Origin: Octopus bimaculoides | Lineage: Eukaryota | DNA length: 64,000 bases | Direction: 5' to 3' | Assembly (NCBI RefSeq): GCF_001194135.2 | Contig: NC_068997.1 | Location: 54,640,099 to 54,704,098, forward strand | In this document: one piece after another, positions 39,392 through 55,300 of the stretch | Position numbering within the stretch: the first letter of the stretch is position 1 | Layout of the letters: every line of letters starts with the position of its first letter | Notes under the pieces: model-generated | The model's database searches: none | Told to the model about the DNA's origin: nothing | Seen by the model: only the letters and a program-made list of their open reading frames with translations | Position numbers and translations under genes: made by a program

Positions 39392-42300
39392 TCATGTCTG
39401 TCTGTACATCCATTTGATGGCTTCTATGCACTCTCTCTCTCTCCCCCAATTTTTTCCATATGGCATTTGTTTGACAGCAAGAGTAAAGGGCATAAAATGC
39501 TGCACAGTGTGACTGAACTTAGCTTTATTTAGTTGATAAGTCGTATTCTTAATCACATAACAACCATTGCTTTCACCGCATTGGGTGAAAGTAAAAATCT
39601 GTGTTGCTCACCATTTTGATACAGAAACCACTCATGGAAACCTACACCAAACCATTTTACCCTTTTATTAGAAATATTGCAGCGTGGAAGGTGTTTATAA
39701 GCCATTCAAAATAACACACAAAATCCGTTAGATTCACTTCAACATTTAAATTTAATTTGTCAAAATATTTTCGTCGCTTTGAGATGCAGCACAGAATTTT
39801 GTCAGTGAACAGGTCGCGGTCTCAAAGCGACGAAAATATTTTGACAAATTAAATTTAAATGTTGAAGTGAATCTAACGGATGTTGTGTGTTATTTTAAAT
39901 GACTTATAAACACCTTCCACGCTGCAATTGTTTTCGTTCCAGCACACGATCTCAGATCAGGTCACTTGCTATGCAAGTACATCTCCGTAATTAGAAATAT
40001 TATTTTCTGTTTAGCAATTCCATTAGATGCATCATTTAAATACCTGATAAAATTTAGCAGCTATATTGGAAGGCACTAATTAACTTCAAATTGTAAAGGC
40101 TGTCATGTACAGTAGTCTCTTCAATTACAAAATCAACTGAATATTAAAACAATATACCTCGACTCCCTGACTGTGTATACTAGAAGAGATAGAATTTTGA
40201 TTAGTACAAATTTTGTGTATACAAAAGATGAGGGTCTGTCTGATAAAGGATACAAGTTTTGAAGAAATAAACACTATGTATTGATGTATTGGACACATAA
40301 ACTGTTTGAATAGTAGCCGATGAGTTATCTTAGTATGATGATATATTTAATGCTAGAAAAGATAATGATAACTAGAAGACATATATGTTACTTCCTTCTG
40401 TGAGTAACTAAAGTTTCTATGAAAGTGTAAAGTAATGTGTGTGTGTGTGTGTGTGTGCATGCACACGTGCATGTGTGTGGGTTTAATATGTGGTAGTGAA
40501 GCATGGATAGCTATTGCAGGTCATGTGTAACAATTGGAGAGAAATTAATTCAGTATGTTCCATTGGATATGTGGTGTTAACTTGCAAGAAAAGCTGAAAG
40601 CAGATAAATTGAGAAAGCAGCTCAGCATAAAACTACATCGGCAGCAGATGTATGTTAAGAGATGATTGCATTGGCATGGAAATGTAATGCAAATTGATGA
40701 TGCATGTGCAGTTTGTAATGCTGGAGTTGGTAGTATTAGTAGTATTAAGTAAAATTGTAGAGAATTCCTGAGAATATAAGACTTCACTGATGAGATAGCA
40801 TTTGAACAAATGCTGTAATGCAGCAGACCTGTCCAACCCATTTAAATAGAGCAACTTGTTTGGAAAAGACATGGAAAAAAAAAAAACCTTCATATTTGGA
40901 GGTTTTCAGAGAAAGAAATATTCATAAATAGAGATATTATGAACAGTATAGTTTCTTCTCTTGTATAAATCTTTTGGTACATTTAATAATATATGAGAGG
41001 TTTCTATCCTATTTGAAGCATACTGATATTAACAAGAAACCAAAGTTAAATTGATTGTTTAGTTGTTTGGTTTTGTTACAGTCATATCTATATATATAAG
41101 AATAAACACTATTAAATTACTGCAGAAAGTTAAATGTGTTATTACAAGGTGGTATCAAAATGTTACTAGACGAGTTCTGTAGCACACTAACAGATGGCAG
41201 CATGTGGTTGCGTGCACAGTGAGAGTTAGCAGTGACCTTCATGGGGCAGTGTGCTGAGTGACATCACTGTTTTTACTTTGCAAGTTGGGAAGTTTGTGCT
41301 TTCGTGATTACGTGTATGCTGTAGTTTGTGATTTTGTCATGGACAGGAAGTCTGAACAAAGAGCAAATGCGAAATTTTAGGTTAGACTTGGAAAGTTTGC
41401 TACAGAGACATTGAACATGCTTCAACAAGCTTATGGTGACGAGGCAATAGGTTGTATGGAATTTTTTGAGTGGAATGGGTGCTTCAAAAGTGGAAGAACA
41501 TCTCTGGAGGATGATGAACCATCTCAAAGACTTGCCATAAGCACCATCCCTGGAAATGTGGTATTGTGCATCAAGAATTCATCCCTCAGGGCCAGACCAT
41601 CAGCCAAGAGTTTTACTGCAATGTTTTGAAGTGTTTGAGGGAGGACATTTGGCAAAAGTGATGGGATCTGTGGAGCATGAAGAACTGGATTCTTCATAAG
41701 AACAATACACCCTGTCACTTGCAATGCCAGCACGGTCATAGATTTATTTAGGATAGAATTTCACAGTCAGGTTCTTTTCATGTCACCCCAACCCTCATGT
41801 TTCTCAAATGGTGAATATCTTCATTCCACAGGTCTTTGGAAGGGGAAAATGATATGTCAGGATGTGAGTAAGGAATGCTAACATCAGTACTGCTTAGCTT
41901 AAGTTATGATGTGCGAGGAATACATAAACAATGACGCACTTTCACAAGCAGATATGCATGCACACGTGTACGCACACACACACACACGCACACACACACA
42001 CACACACTTATTCACAATGGGTCCCCAGCAATCTCTGTCTAGCAAATACACTTCCATGGCATTGATTGGCCTGGGTTTCACCTTGGAATTGAATTCAGAA
42101 GTGCGTGGTTCAGAAGCAAACTTAATCATACAACCATACGTGTGCCCTTGTAATTGTTAGTATTTCAGACTGATTTACAAAGAAGGCTTTTTTCTTCTTC
42201 TTTGGTTTAAGGTACAGTAATAGATTTACAAGCTTACAGAAAGATGTATCAGTTATAAGTAAATATACTGGATTTGGTGTTTATTAATTGCACATCAGGT

Positions 42301-45300
42301 GAATACGTATGAAATGAAAAAGTGGAAAATAATGTATTATAACTGGAATGTTATTCTTGTTAATAATTTTTGGAAGCACAACTAGCAAACAATATTAACT
42401 TTCCAAGATAGCAAAAACACAATGCCATTGTTGTCCCCTTCTTGGGATGTATTTACTATTTTATGTGGAACCAATCTAATATTATTTATTCACAATGATA
42501 CCTACAGGCATAACTATTATTCTGTTGTAGCAGATATCAGGGACTAGTGATTATGGCAACTCTCTCCTTGTAAATAAACATCTGAAGGAATGTTTATGGA
42601 ATCCAAACCTTGTAGTTATAAAGCATTGGAATTCGTCATTCTTATTTTTATTTGTCATTTTTAATACTTCCAATCTGGCTAAAATTCAGTCCTATCTAAT
42701 TCCTTTTGCTATTTACCAAAGTCTGAAATATTTCATTTTTATTCCTTCTACATAATTATTGGAGACTTTGGTAAAAGTGGCATTTCCAGGAAAGAAGATA
42801 AGGAAATTTCATCTTCCTGTATATATATATATATTTGAATAGAAATGAATTTGGATTTCAAAATCTGAGCAGATACATTGTAAGCACTCTGTGGTACTCT
42901 GAACTTGGCTAACTATATTGAGTAGTAGGAAACATTAGGAACTGTGAAGATTAAACAATTACAGTTCCCCCTCCCATTTGATTGAAGCAAATTCTGGATT
43001 TACTAAAGAATTTTGCATAAAATTCCAGAGCATATTAGAAAAACAAAGTGGGAGAACTATACAAACTATACATTTTTAACTGATATTTTACAACATGAGA
43101 TACCACATAGGCACTTTAGTATCTCTAGGCCTGTACATATGAAATTGATTATAGTACTATGTTAGATCCAGAGATATGCACAAACATAACTTCTTCAATA
43201 CATTTCCCTAAAGGGAAATTTAAGAGTTCTCTTAATTGATTTTGACATGAACCATTTTGTTGTGCAAAACCATTGCATCTAAGGATCGTAAAGTGCCTTC
43301 ATATGAAACACATGATGGCATCTTATATGTTGCAAAATATTAATTAAAGATGTATAATCCTCCATTGTTTTTCTATACTGTTGAATGTTCAGATTTTGCA
43401 TATTTTAGTTGGCCTCCTGAAATTACATAAACTCTAATAAGAAAAACTACATCAGCTCATCACAACCAATCTTGTTACAGTGTTGCATGGAGAAAGACTC
43501 TATAATGCAAAGGGCTTAGTGCTTCTATATAATAATCTATTCTTTGGATAGCCATGTGTGTCACTGTCTGAATCACTTTATTTTGAAACAGCCTTAATCT
43601 GTGCACCTCTGAACCACCTCAACTTGGACACGACATTCTTTCACTTAGAGCATCTGATTATATCAACTCACTCCACTTGACAATTTTTACTTCATGAACC
43701 CGTTGGCATTTCAAAATAGTCAAGTGGTTGGTTTCCTGCCAGTTCTATTTGACAGACCATAGGCTTCATTTAGTTCTACTTGAGACTGGAAAATGAGTAT
43801 AAGAGGGTGTCTTTGTAGACATGTTATTCCATATTCCCCACATAACCAAGTAGTCTGTCATCCAGCAACCAATATTTACAGCTTATATCATCCAGAGGAA
43901 TTTACCCACCTTGCAAAAGAAAGACCACATTACAAATTTTCTTTCTTTCTCTCTTTCACACATTACAAAGTCTTTCTCTCATGGTTTCTTTCTTTGTTTC
44001 ATGTATTACACACACAAACACACACATACACACACACTCACACACACTTTTTTCTCTTGCACACAATACAAATTCTCTCTCTCAAAAACTTTCAAGCCAT
44101 CTGATCCTTTGTCATGTGGTCAACCGTCCTCTCTTCATTTCTTGGTGTTATTGCTTCTAGTAGATGTTATTCACCAAATCCCTTTCTCTCAAAAATTTAT
44201 TACTCTTTATCCTACCACTCCAACAATATTCTCTACTCCTCTTAACACCCATACTCACCCTGTCCCCCTTATCTTATTACTTTTATATGACATGCTCAGT
44301 CTCGATATTAAACATTGCTACAACCTCATCTGAAGTATTATTGATTAACTGACCAACATTTTAAACTGACCATCAACTGCTAACCTTACTAAACACTCTC
44401 TGACCTCCAATTTGCCCATCAGTCTATCAAATCTTTTCCAGAACATACCTGTTGGTGCTTGATGCCTATAATTGAAACACCAAAGAATGTTTTGTCTTCC
44501 ACACATTGTTGGTTTAGCACCACACAGTGGAAGCTTTGACTGTTATTTTTTTCATTGGCTCTTTTCACATAACTCTATACAGACTGATCTCTTTCCATTG
44601 TCTTTTACACATGAGCTAAATATAGATGCTGGAAATCATAAATATGGAGATTAAAAATGCCTTCTACTTGCTTTAGGCACATAATGTAAATATGAACAAA
44701 ACATAGCTGGGCAATAGCATATGTTTTTTTTTTCTTTTATATGTCAAACAATGCAGCACTAGATGACAAAAAAGATCTGAGCATATTTACTAATTGATAT
44801 ATATTTATATATATGTTGAGTTAGAAAACAAAGAGATCTAATGGATACAAATTAATTTATTAATTAATCAACATATTAACCAGTAGCACATAAAAGCACC
44901 ATTCGAGTGTCGTCAATGCCAGTGACACCTGACTGACTCTCATGCCGGTGGCTTGTAAAAAGCACTATCCGAATGTGACTGATGCCAGTGCCGCCTGACT
45001 GGCTCCTGTGCTGGTGGCACCTAAAAAGCACCCACTACACTCTCAGAATGGGTGGCGTTAGAAAGGGCATCCAGCTGTAGAAACCTTGCTAGATGAGATT
45101 CGAGCCTGGTGCAGCCTTCTGGTTTGCCAGTCCTTAGTCAAACTGTCCAACCCATGCCAGCATGGAAAGAGCTCATGAAATGAGCCAATGAAATTAAATT
45201 TGAATTATCTTCCATGTAGAGTGATACCAAAAAAAAAAAAAAACCCACCAAAACCTTTGATACATTTATATGGAGAATTTATGGAAATATTTTCATGTAA

Positions 45301-46320
45301 TTGAAATTCTATCATGAAGGAATCTGAGAATGTATAAAACAATGTTTTTGGAAGTAGAAATGATATTTTCTTATCAACAACAAAAACTTATAATTAAGTC
45401 TTCATACATTTCAAATTATGAGACAGAAAGGAAAATATTTGATTTTGGTTTTGAGTTTGATAAAAATAATCTCTCACTTTAGTAAAATATCAAGTTTGTT
45501 CTTTTTCTATAAAAATAAGTAACATATCTTCTGTAATATTCATTATTAAAGCATTCAATGAACTAAAAAAATAAAGATCATATAAAAACCAATTTAGAAA
45601 GAAAATTCATCGAATATAAATTTTCAAATATCTTAAAAGAGGTTTTAATATGGAAGTCCATCCATGTAATGGCTTCCCTCATAAATGCCTGAAAGTAAAC
45701 AAACTTTTACAGCCATTTAAGATTTACAAAAATAATTTAAATATTAAAATCCAGAAAACAATGTGTGTTAATCAATTTGTGACGAATTACAAAACAAGTT
45801 ATTCTATTGAAATTTGCATTTCTTTCATCCCACCAACTTTTTTAATTTATAAGGTATTAAATCCGGCCCTTTAAACCATTAAATTAAATTTTATCTATTA
45901 TTTGCATTGTTTTGTTTCCATTCTTCTTTTTCTTCTGTTCTACATTCATATTGTAATACACTGTGAACATAGAATTTCAAATATTAATCACTCCTCATGT
46001 GTCAAATTTCAGAAAATTAAGCTTTTAACTGACAGTTTATATATTTAATGTTATGTTTATCAACTTCGGCAACACGGGCAATTAAGATTTTTAAGCACCC
46101 ATTATCCTCTATCCCCACCTTATTGAAAGACTCATGTTTTTTTTTTGTTATCGAAAAATAACATCAAGTTACTTTTTAATCAATATGGCTACCATTTGTG
46201 TTTATTCCCTTATCAAACTGAAACAGACTAGATATTTCCACATCTGTTCTTCTCAAAGTCCAGCTACATAGTTACAGTGCCATACAATTTCATGATTGTT
46301 GAAGTTTTCAGTTTGAATCC

Positions 46321-46371
<51 letters not shown>

Positions 46372-49300
46372 AAATGACCTCAGAGCAGGGGTCATGTAGT
46401 CCTATTCAATGGTTTACAGCTGTTTCCACAGTACAGAAATGCTCATCTGAAGTGGATGACAGTGTAATAGCTTCTATACACTCTATATTTCATGTGGTCT
46501 TATAACATTATGCATACCTATTAGGCATACTGTAAGACTTGGAATATTACGCATACCTAAAACAGAAATCATTATAAAGCACCAAATATGCAATAACTTA
46601 GCTGTTCGGCTAAAGAGACCGATAGAATAAGTACTAGGCTTACAAAGAATAAGTCCTGGGGTCGATTTGCTCGACTAAAGGCGGTGCTCCAGCATGGCTG
46701 CAGTCAAATGACTGAAACGAGTAAAAGAGTTGAGAGCTGAGAAATAGTTTAACTACATTGTAACTGTTTTGAAATTGGAAATTCCTTTTGAAACATGTAA
46801 TAAACCTATAGAAAAACAAAATATTTCGTGGTATCATTTAATCTTCAAAATATCTCAAGTGTGAAACTTATGCTGCAAAAATTTGTGAATTTTTCAAAAC
46901 TTACCCAGTCCACAAGATTTGCTACAAGGGCCCCAAGATGACCAAGTTGAAAGTAAACAGTTCTCATCACAAGGAATTTCACAAAATTCTTGTAACTTAA
47001 ATTTTGGTTTTCCTGCGACCTGATGAAACAGAAATAACATGAATGTATATAATATATTATAGATATGCACGCGCGCACACACACACACACACATATACAC
47101 ATACATAAAAGGAATACATGATCTAGTGATTAGGGAGTTGATCATAAAGTTGTTGGTTTGATTTTTAGACCTGGAGCTATGTTTTGTCCTTGAATAAGGA
47201 ACCTTATTCAATGTTAGTCCATTTGGGTAAAAGAAAAAAAAAATTGTACCAATCTAGCACCAGAGTAGTTTTCTCTTTCTCACATTGGAAGGTTGACAGG
47301 GTTTTCCACATGACTACTTAGGCACCTACAACTATTTGTAAAAGCATTGTACATGCTACCTGATCATACTTCCTTCTAACAGCCATAGCATATATAATCA
47401 CCTTTTACACACATGTGCTTTTGTATACACAAACACACACATAAATAAATGTAATCATATACAATTTTTTGTGCACAAATGTGTGTGTGTGCGCGCACAC
47501 ACACACACACACACATGCACACACACACACTCACACACACACACTCACACACACACACATAGACACACACATGTAAATCCATTTAAAATTTGTCTTGTTT
47601 CAGTATTTCCTAAAGGTCAGATATCTTGTATTTGATACAATTATGAGTGCTAAGAGAAATGGCAGCATCTCTGACATTTTCATGCACTCCCAGAAAAGTG
47701 AGAGCAATGTAGTTAATGTTCAGCTTGAACTTCTGCAGGAATAATGGTGCTTGAGAATTCTCTTAAATGACAGGTACATAACTGAAGGATTGGGCATTGT
47801 CTGGGTTTGGACATGGACAGTAAGAAACTAACTAGTTTGGAGGAACAAAAAATCCATTGCAATAGTGGCAGAAGGGAGCTGCAGTGACATTTTGGTGGGG
47901 TCAGTAGTTCCTGTATAATGTGGAGTCTGTGCCAGTAAGGTATATAGTCTTTTTTCTTGTCTGCAGTCCAGTGTGTGTGAGGGAGCTTTCTCCCAATTAT
48001 CTATTAAGCACGCATGCACACGCACGCACGTATATATTTCCCATACGTGTAACAATGTAAACATAAGAATGAAGATGTAAAACTTAATACTTTTTGAATG
48101 TACTCTCTTGTGATATTTGTTTTGCACTAAGTTATAGGTACTCCTTTCACATTTGCTGTCAAAAATGCTGTGAAACAACAGTTCACCAATTGTGATATAG
48201 GAACACATAAGATTAAAAACAAACAAAAAATTAAATCCAAGAAAAAAATTTACTGAAACACTTAAAAGAATTGTTTGAAATGATGATTTTTACTTGAGAA
48301 TGAAATCAAGCTAAATTGGAACCAGCTGAATGATGGCTAATTAGCTGTACAAAATTGCAAAGGTACAAAAGAAATCTTTTTTTTTTTTAATTTATAGTTA
48401 GTGATATCAATTTTATAAAAACTGTTCATCAAAAGCAACTTTTACAACATCCCAGACAGAAACTGAAAATCTTACAAGTAGTAGATGCATAAAAAGAAAA
48501 TTGCACCAAAATCTCTGGTGAAAACTGAGTCACATCATGTTTTTGTATTGGTTTATAGATTTGAGACGAGTCATAATATAGAAGCTGGTTTTAACAGATT
48601 AGTTTAAAAAAAAAAACTCTTTAGTGTAAAGTTATCTTACCTTAGTTATACCAAATATGGCTAATCAATTCTTCAGTTTGATAAACCCTATATATTTCCA
48701 GTTTGTTATGAAAGGATGTATCTCTACCTAAAATGCTTTTGTTTCCACTTTGAGTTTGACTGTTATTTAATTACTGAATGTTTTAAAGAAAATAACTATT
48801 ATTCTTTGTGAAGCCCAAAATTTATTCATTGTCTCAGACTACCTTTGAGCCAAGTCTGTTGGAGATCAACCTTCCAGGTATATGATACACTAAACCAGAT
48901 ACAAACAAATAGACAAGGCTCTTTTATTTCCATTGCATAAATGAAAAAAAAAATTATAGAGTAATGATCATTGTCCTGTTAAAGTTGTTGATAATACAAA
49001 CACATCATCGTAGTCGAAGTAATTTATTTGAGTATATTTTATATCTAGGTTTGATGAGATATATTTCACATGATATAGATTTAGTGGAATCTCACCAACA
49101 TGTAGCAACTGAGCTGATAATCATAGACAAAGATAATGATCAATGGTAGCAGAAAGAATTTCCTTACTTCATAGCAGTAGTGACTCCTCTGTAATTTTCC
49201 ATAATAATCAGTACACATAACAAAGCGCTCCTTTTTGCCAAAGCCACAAGGTTCTTCTCCATCTTTGACCATACAGGATGTCCATTCAGAAACTTTCCAA

Positions 49301-52222
49301 ATAAATTCCCTGCAGTTTTTGCCTTTAATGCAATAAAGTTCTTCTCGGAGAGATGGGCAAGGGTAATGGTCTCGCCTATATTTATCTGGTTCTCGTAAAA
49401 CTTTTCGTGTTCTCCATTGAGTTTGTTGCATATTGCAGGGCTAAAAAAAAAAGGGAAAAGTAAAAATCAGTAAAGTTTCAATTTTTTAAAAATAAAAAGT
49501 GAAAAAAAAGCCATTGCAAAGAAAATGTTATATTCCATAGAAGAATAATTATTGTAGTAATTATATTTGACGACTTAAAATAAATACTTAAAAAATTGTC
49601 TGCCATATCTGAAATAAGTTTCTGAAAAGTAGTTTAGAAAAATGAAAACTTTTCTGATTTATTTTTGTAACTCAGTTTCACTTGATTTAAGAACCAATTT
49701 TTGACTTGTGAAGTAAGTGGTATCAGCATCATCATAAACTTGAGCAGCAGCATTTAAAGTCTGTATTCTCTGCTGGCATAGGTTGAATGGTGTAACAGGA
49801 TCCGTTGATGTAGCCCAAGGACTGCATTGTACCCCAATGTCAGCTTTGGCATGACTTCTATGGCTGGATGCCCTTTCTAATGCCAACCAATTTACAGCAT
49901 GAAGTGGGTCCTTTTTTATGTCACCTGCACTATTGAAGTCCCCATGCAGCTTGCAGTACAACAAACTCTGGGAGAGGTAGGGAGGAGTAGACACAGCAAT
50001 GTCACTTAGCACATTGCCCCATTGATGTCACTGTTGGCTCTCACTGTGCACACAGCCATGTGCTGCCATCTGTTGACATGTTACAGAACTTGTCCAGGAA
50101 CTTTTTGATGCCACCTTTGTACACATTGTAAAAACTGTCACCTAGAAACCACTTTTGAAGTTTGGTGGTTGTCAAAACAGAAAGGTTATGCTGAATTGGT
50201 CAGTTGGAGGTCATCAATAAGAAAAGCTGGTTAAAGATGGTGAACATAATCGATTCATAGGAATGGCCAAAAAAAAAAATAGGGAAAGGAAAGAAATATT
50301 GTAGAGACAATTGTGAATCAAATACTTTAGAATTGATGATGAACAGACTTAGAATAAGAATGTATGGAACTGCGTTAGAAAATCATCATCTTTAAGACAT
50401 CCATCTGTAATATATGGACAACATCTGAAAAAGTAGTGTTGAGTGTTTTTAGATTTAGAGAAACTGGATATACTATAGAACTTTCTCTCTGTGATATTTA
50501 TGTAAGATTTTTTAATACAAATATTAGGTAATTATTTATATATGTATCTATCTATCATGTTTAAATTGCAAATAACATTAATGTTTCAAAGAAAATGTGA
50601 ACATATGAAATCTCAAACATCAAATTCCGAATTTCTGTCAGTTAATAAGTTTTAAATCATGCCTTCCTGTGAGTTGCATTTTATTGGTTTTCAGAATCCT
50701 TTTCAATTGAATTACTTCCCTAAATATCAAATGTGTAAAGTTCACCTGATATTAATGTTCCCATTAATAGCATAATCTTCTTGGAAACATTACTTTAGGT
50801 TATGATATTTATTTCTCACCACTGACTTCCTTCAAAGGTTTTCTGCTCAAACCACTTCCAAAGGATTTTAAATTTAATTAAACCAAAATAAATACAAATA
50901 TAAAAAAGACAAGAAAAAGACAGAAAGGGCTGTGTTACTTACTACATCACATTTTGTCCACTCAGTCCATTCACTCACAACACATTCCCTAATACATGGA
51001 GTACTGCAAATACGCTGTTCAGCAGGTTTTGGAATCTCATCACAGTAAGAGTCTTGCAGTGATGTGTGCCGAGACAAATCATCCTTTTCAACACATCTAA
51101 TTTAAGAATAGGAAACGATAAAACAAAGTAAATCAGTAAGATCAAAACGAAGTCTACAAATTATGATGCAGTAAAAATAAGAACAAAATATCCTGCGGTA
51201 ATGGCTGATGTTTAAAATAGTTTCTTAAATCATTTATTGTCTTGATGAGATCATGTAATACTCATGGGAATATGGTACTAGAGCTGTGGAGTCAGAGTCA
51301 TGGAGTTGGAAACAATTAAGGAGTAGCTGGAGTCAGAGTCGGTAAAACTATACCAACTCTGATTCCAACTCACAATATCTTTATTCTTTAATATAAACCA
51401 GTTATGACATATAGGCCTACTCAGAGTACAAGCGTATGCTTTGAGATATGTAGACCACAATCACTGAATTACATAAAGAGGAGTCAGCCAGAGTTGGAGT
51501 CAGAGGTGCCAATTTTAGAGGAGTTGGAGTTGAAGTCGGAGAACTCTGCTGGAGGGAGTGAAATCTTCAGGTAGGTCTTAACAGGTCAGACAGGTTGAAG
51601 TGTTGGCAGCAGGGCATTGGCTTTAGTTATCAGCAGGACCTAAAAGATCAGATTCCTGGCCTTGAACTAGCAGGATGTCATGCAGAGGATCTTGAATACA
51701 AGACAATGGATGAGACCCTAATATTCCTAATTAGATGGAAACTGCAGGACCACATGGAGCAGTACGATGTGACGCCTATGATATGTGCAATTGAAACCCC
51801 TAGAGGGGTGTCGTATGGGACGACCTAATTGAGATTATTGTTATTATTATTATCATAGAGCAAAGTTACATATCATTACTAGAGATGTTTTTAAAAGGTT
51901 ATATTCTCTACATGGTTAGACATCCACTAGTTTACTTGCATTGTGTGTTTGAAAATCTATTTTCCTCATCAAATGTTTGATAGACTGACATAACAATGTA
52001 GTTTCAGTCATTTGTAAACCATTCTATGTGTTTTGATTACTCTGAAAATGATTGGAAACTGTCAATAGTTGGAATGTGATCTCCTATAATCAGTCATTGA
52101 AGGAGTACCTTTCTACAATAGTTGACTAAGTTACATCATTGTATTCCAAGTGTGTTCATGATATCAGTATGTGTTGATGTTATAAATAATTATTGAATTG
52201 ATAATAATGTGATTAACTATTG

Positions 52223-52253
<31 letters not shown>

Positions 52254-52254
52254 T

Positions 52255-52302
<48 letters not shown>

Positions 52303-55300
52303 GTTTTGACTGACACTAGTGTTTGATAAATTACGTAGAGTAAGAAACTGATGATGATGATGATGAATACATTGCTGTGTTAATAATTGTAATAATATGC
52401 TGAATATCAAGAATTTAATAATTATTATGCAACAGCTGTTAAGATGATTGTAATGGTGATGGAGATGATGGCAGTAATACCAAAATATTATAGGATTAAC
52501 AAAAGAAGCTTTAGTGTTAATTCAATTATCTTCACTTGCAAAATCAATTTTGTTGTTGTCACTAATTGATGACAGTAAGAATGGAAAGGTGGTGCAAACT
52601 TATTTTCAATAGAATTTGGCTTTGAACATCTACGTCTTGTAAAGACAAAGAAAAAAGCTATAGAAGAAGAAATGGCAAAGTTAAATCTAAGATGGAGAGA
52701 GAGAGAGAGGAGAATGAGTAACAAATGAATGGATGAGGAAAATGAAAACAAATGTAGAATATCATCATGTATAGAATGTCTGTGGAATAAAACACAGTTT
52801 GGTGAATGATACATTTGGAAATAGTTAAATGAATTATGCTGAAAATAGGGAAACAGACGGAATGAAAACCAGGGTCACTCATGACTATAAAATATAAAAT
52901 GAAAATAGAGTAGAATAACTCACTTCTAAGCATTATAATATTAATTTTTGGACTGCTATATATTTGGGAATATGCTTATCCATGTTACAGACATTGCTCA
53001 GTCTGTTGAATTCCTAACGACTTCTATTTTTCTTTGTTAATATTGTTTATTAAGGTGGTGATCTGGCAGAAACATTAACATGCAGGGCAAAATGCTCAGC
53101 AGTATTTCGTCTGTCTTTACATCCTGAGTTCAAATTTCATTGAGGTCAACTTTGCCTTTCATCCTTTAGGGGTCGAAAAATTAAGTACCAATTGTGTACT
53201 GGGGTCGATCTAATCAACTGGCCTCCCCATCACCCCAAAATTTCGAGCCTTGTACTTAGAGTAGAAAAGAATATTGTTTATTCTCTAAACCATATTTAAC
53301 TAATTTTCCTCCTCCTGTTGAAGTGTGTCTTGTCATCATCCATTTTCCACAACTATTCACCATCACACACCTTTCATACTGAATACGTCTTTTCCCACCA
53401 GAAGGAAGCCTTTGTTACCAATGACTGAAGTAATAACTTTTCCTTCAATTTACTTCTGTTATTAGCAACAATATTTCCTTCAGCATTAATTACATGACTT
53501 AGCAATATTTATAATTTCCAACAAGCCATATAAACAGTCAATAGTTTCCATTTGATGATTGCTTATGTGAACAACAAGGGTTGTATATCATGTGAAGCCG
53601 TTGACATGGTTGGTCTGCCTCAAATATTTCTCTCTTCTCTCTCTATTGTTTACTTGCTCAATCATGATACTTCTATTGTAGTTTTTCTGTATTCTAATAT
53701 AAGCTAACACTGTGTGTGTGTGTGTGTTTATATCCTCGTTGTCTTGATCATCATGCCAAAGTTATAAATGAGCATCACCATCATAAAAGTGTTATCCTTC
53801 AATTCCAATCTTCAATAAAAACTGATTTGACTGTGAGAAATATTAATCTAACATGAAAACAGGTGAGAATGGGTGCCAGGAAAGGCATTTAGCTGTAGAA
53901 AATCTGCCTCAAAAAATTCTGTCTGATGCATGCAAGCTTGGGAAAGTAGGCCTTAAAAATGATGAAAGACAGTGATCATCTTTTTGACATTGAACACATC
54001 TTGCATTGATGAGATATCTCTCTTGTCTCCTTTAATAACTCTAAGTCATTTCTACACCACACTGCATCCTCCTTCAAAAAGAATACAAATCCTGTTTTAT
54101 AGATACAATATTTCATGGCACAAGACAAAGGATTTGGTTTTATGGCCAGAAATAAGTTCAGTTTCAAACTGTTGCTGATGTTTAATGAGGCATACATATC
54201 TTCATGCTCAAACATTGTTGATGTCTTAAAAGTAAAAAATAATCTGTCTAAACAAATCCTTGTTAATATATGATAGTAGTTTCTGCCTCCAATAACTCAT
54301 TGTTCCTCTCACATTTCTAACTAAAAGCAACTCCTGTATTCCCTTCGGTCTCTCATCTGTCATAGTAAAACGCCTCTCTCAATCATCTTTGCAGCTACCA
54401 CAAATGGACATTTCCTCTAATCCTCAAAGGTTCGAGTTGAACGCGAGTTTTATCATTCTCTCAAGTCTGGTAGAACATGTTGTGTCTAAGGACAATGCTT
54501 GTCTTGGACTAAATTTCTTTTTAAAATTAGATTGTCCAAAATAAGGAGTTTTATATTAATCAGAGTATTTGAACCTCTCTCACCTCATTAGTTTATGGCA
54601 TTTTCAATACATGTATCCTTATATATATATACTCAGAGATATAGCAAGTTCTGCTTCTGAATTTAGCACAATGTCAGAAACCCTTCAATATCACTAGCTG
54701 GTATCTTAGGGGTAGGGCAAAATGCTTGTGCTCCTGAGATACCTGCTGACGATATGGAAGGCTTCTCGACATTGTAATAGATATAGAAGAGCATGCTATA
54801 CCTTTGAGGATTTTACGCATATAGTAAAGCAGCTATGATGATTATTTCACCCATGTCATATATCTATAAAGTCTCCTTCTTTTTGGTACTCTCATTCAAG
54901 AGAAAATCTTTACTTTTTCATGAGTATGTCCTGATGTGCATAAATATGCAGTTAAATACAAATTATTGCAGATAAGAAATGATTACGTAAACTAAAAATT
55001 CCAATTTGTTTAACCAAAAGTAAAAATGCTTCCACAGCATTCTCCCATGTGTTTTAGCAGTAAAATCTATATAAATTACTCAACAATATTAGATGGACTT
55101 TCTTGTGTTTACTTTTCTAACATATTTCAGTTGAAGGTAGCTAAAAATTAGCATTCACAAAATGTAATAAAAGAGAAAATTTGGAGCAGAATCAACCTCA
55201 GCTGATGATTAGTAGCCAAAGCTAATTGTCATTATATCGAACACATTCATTAATGATAAATTCTTTATGATATAGTGTGTTCATTTACTGTCCATTGTCA

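Noticed and set aside
51595-51828. 77-aa plus-strand ORF followed by an (ATT)n tract
   Set aside because: Looks like a decayed retroelement 3' end with a tail; too weak to classify and has no splice context.
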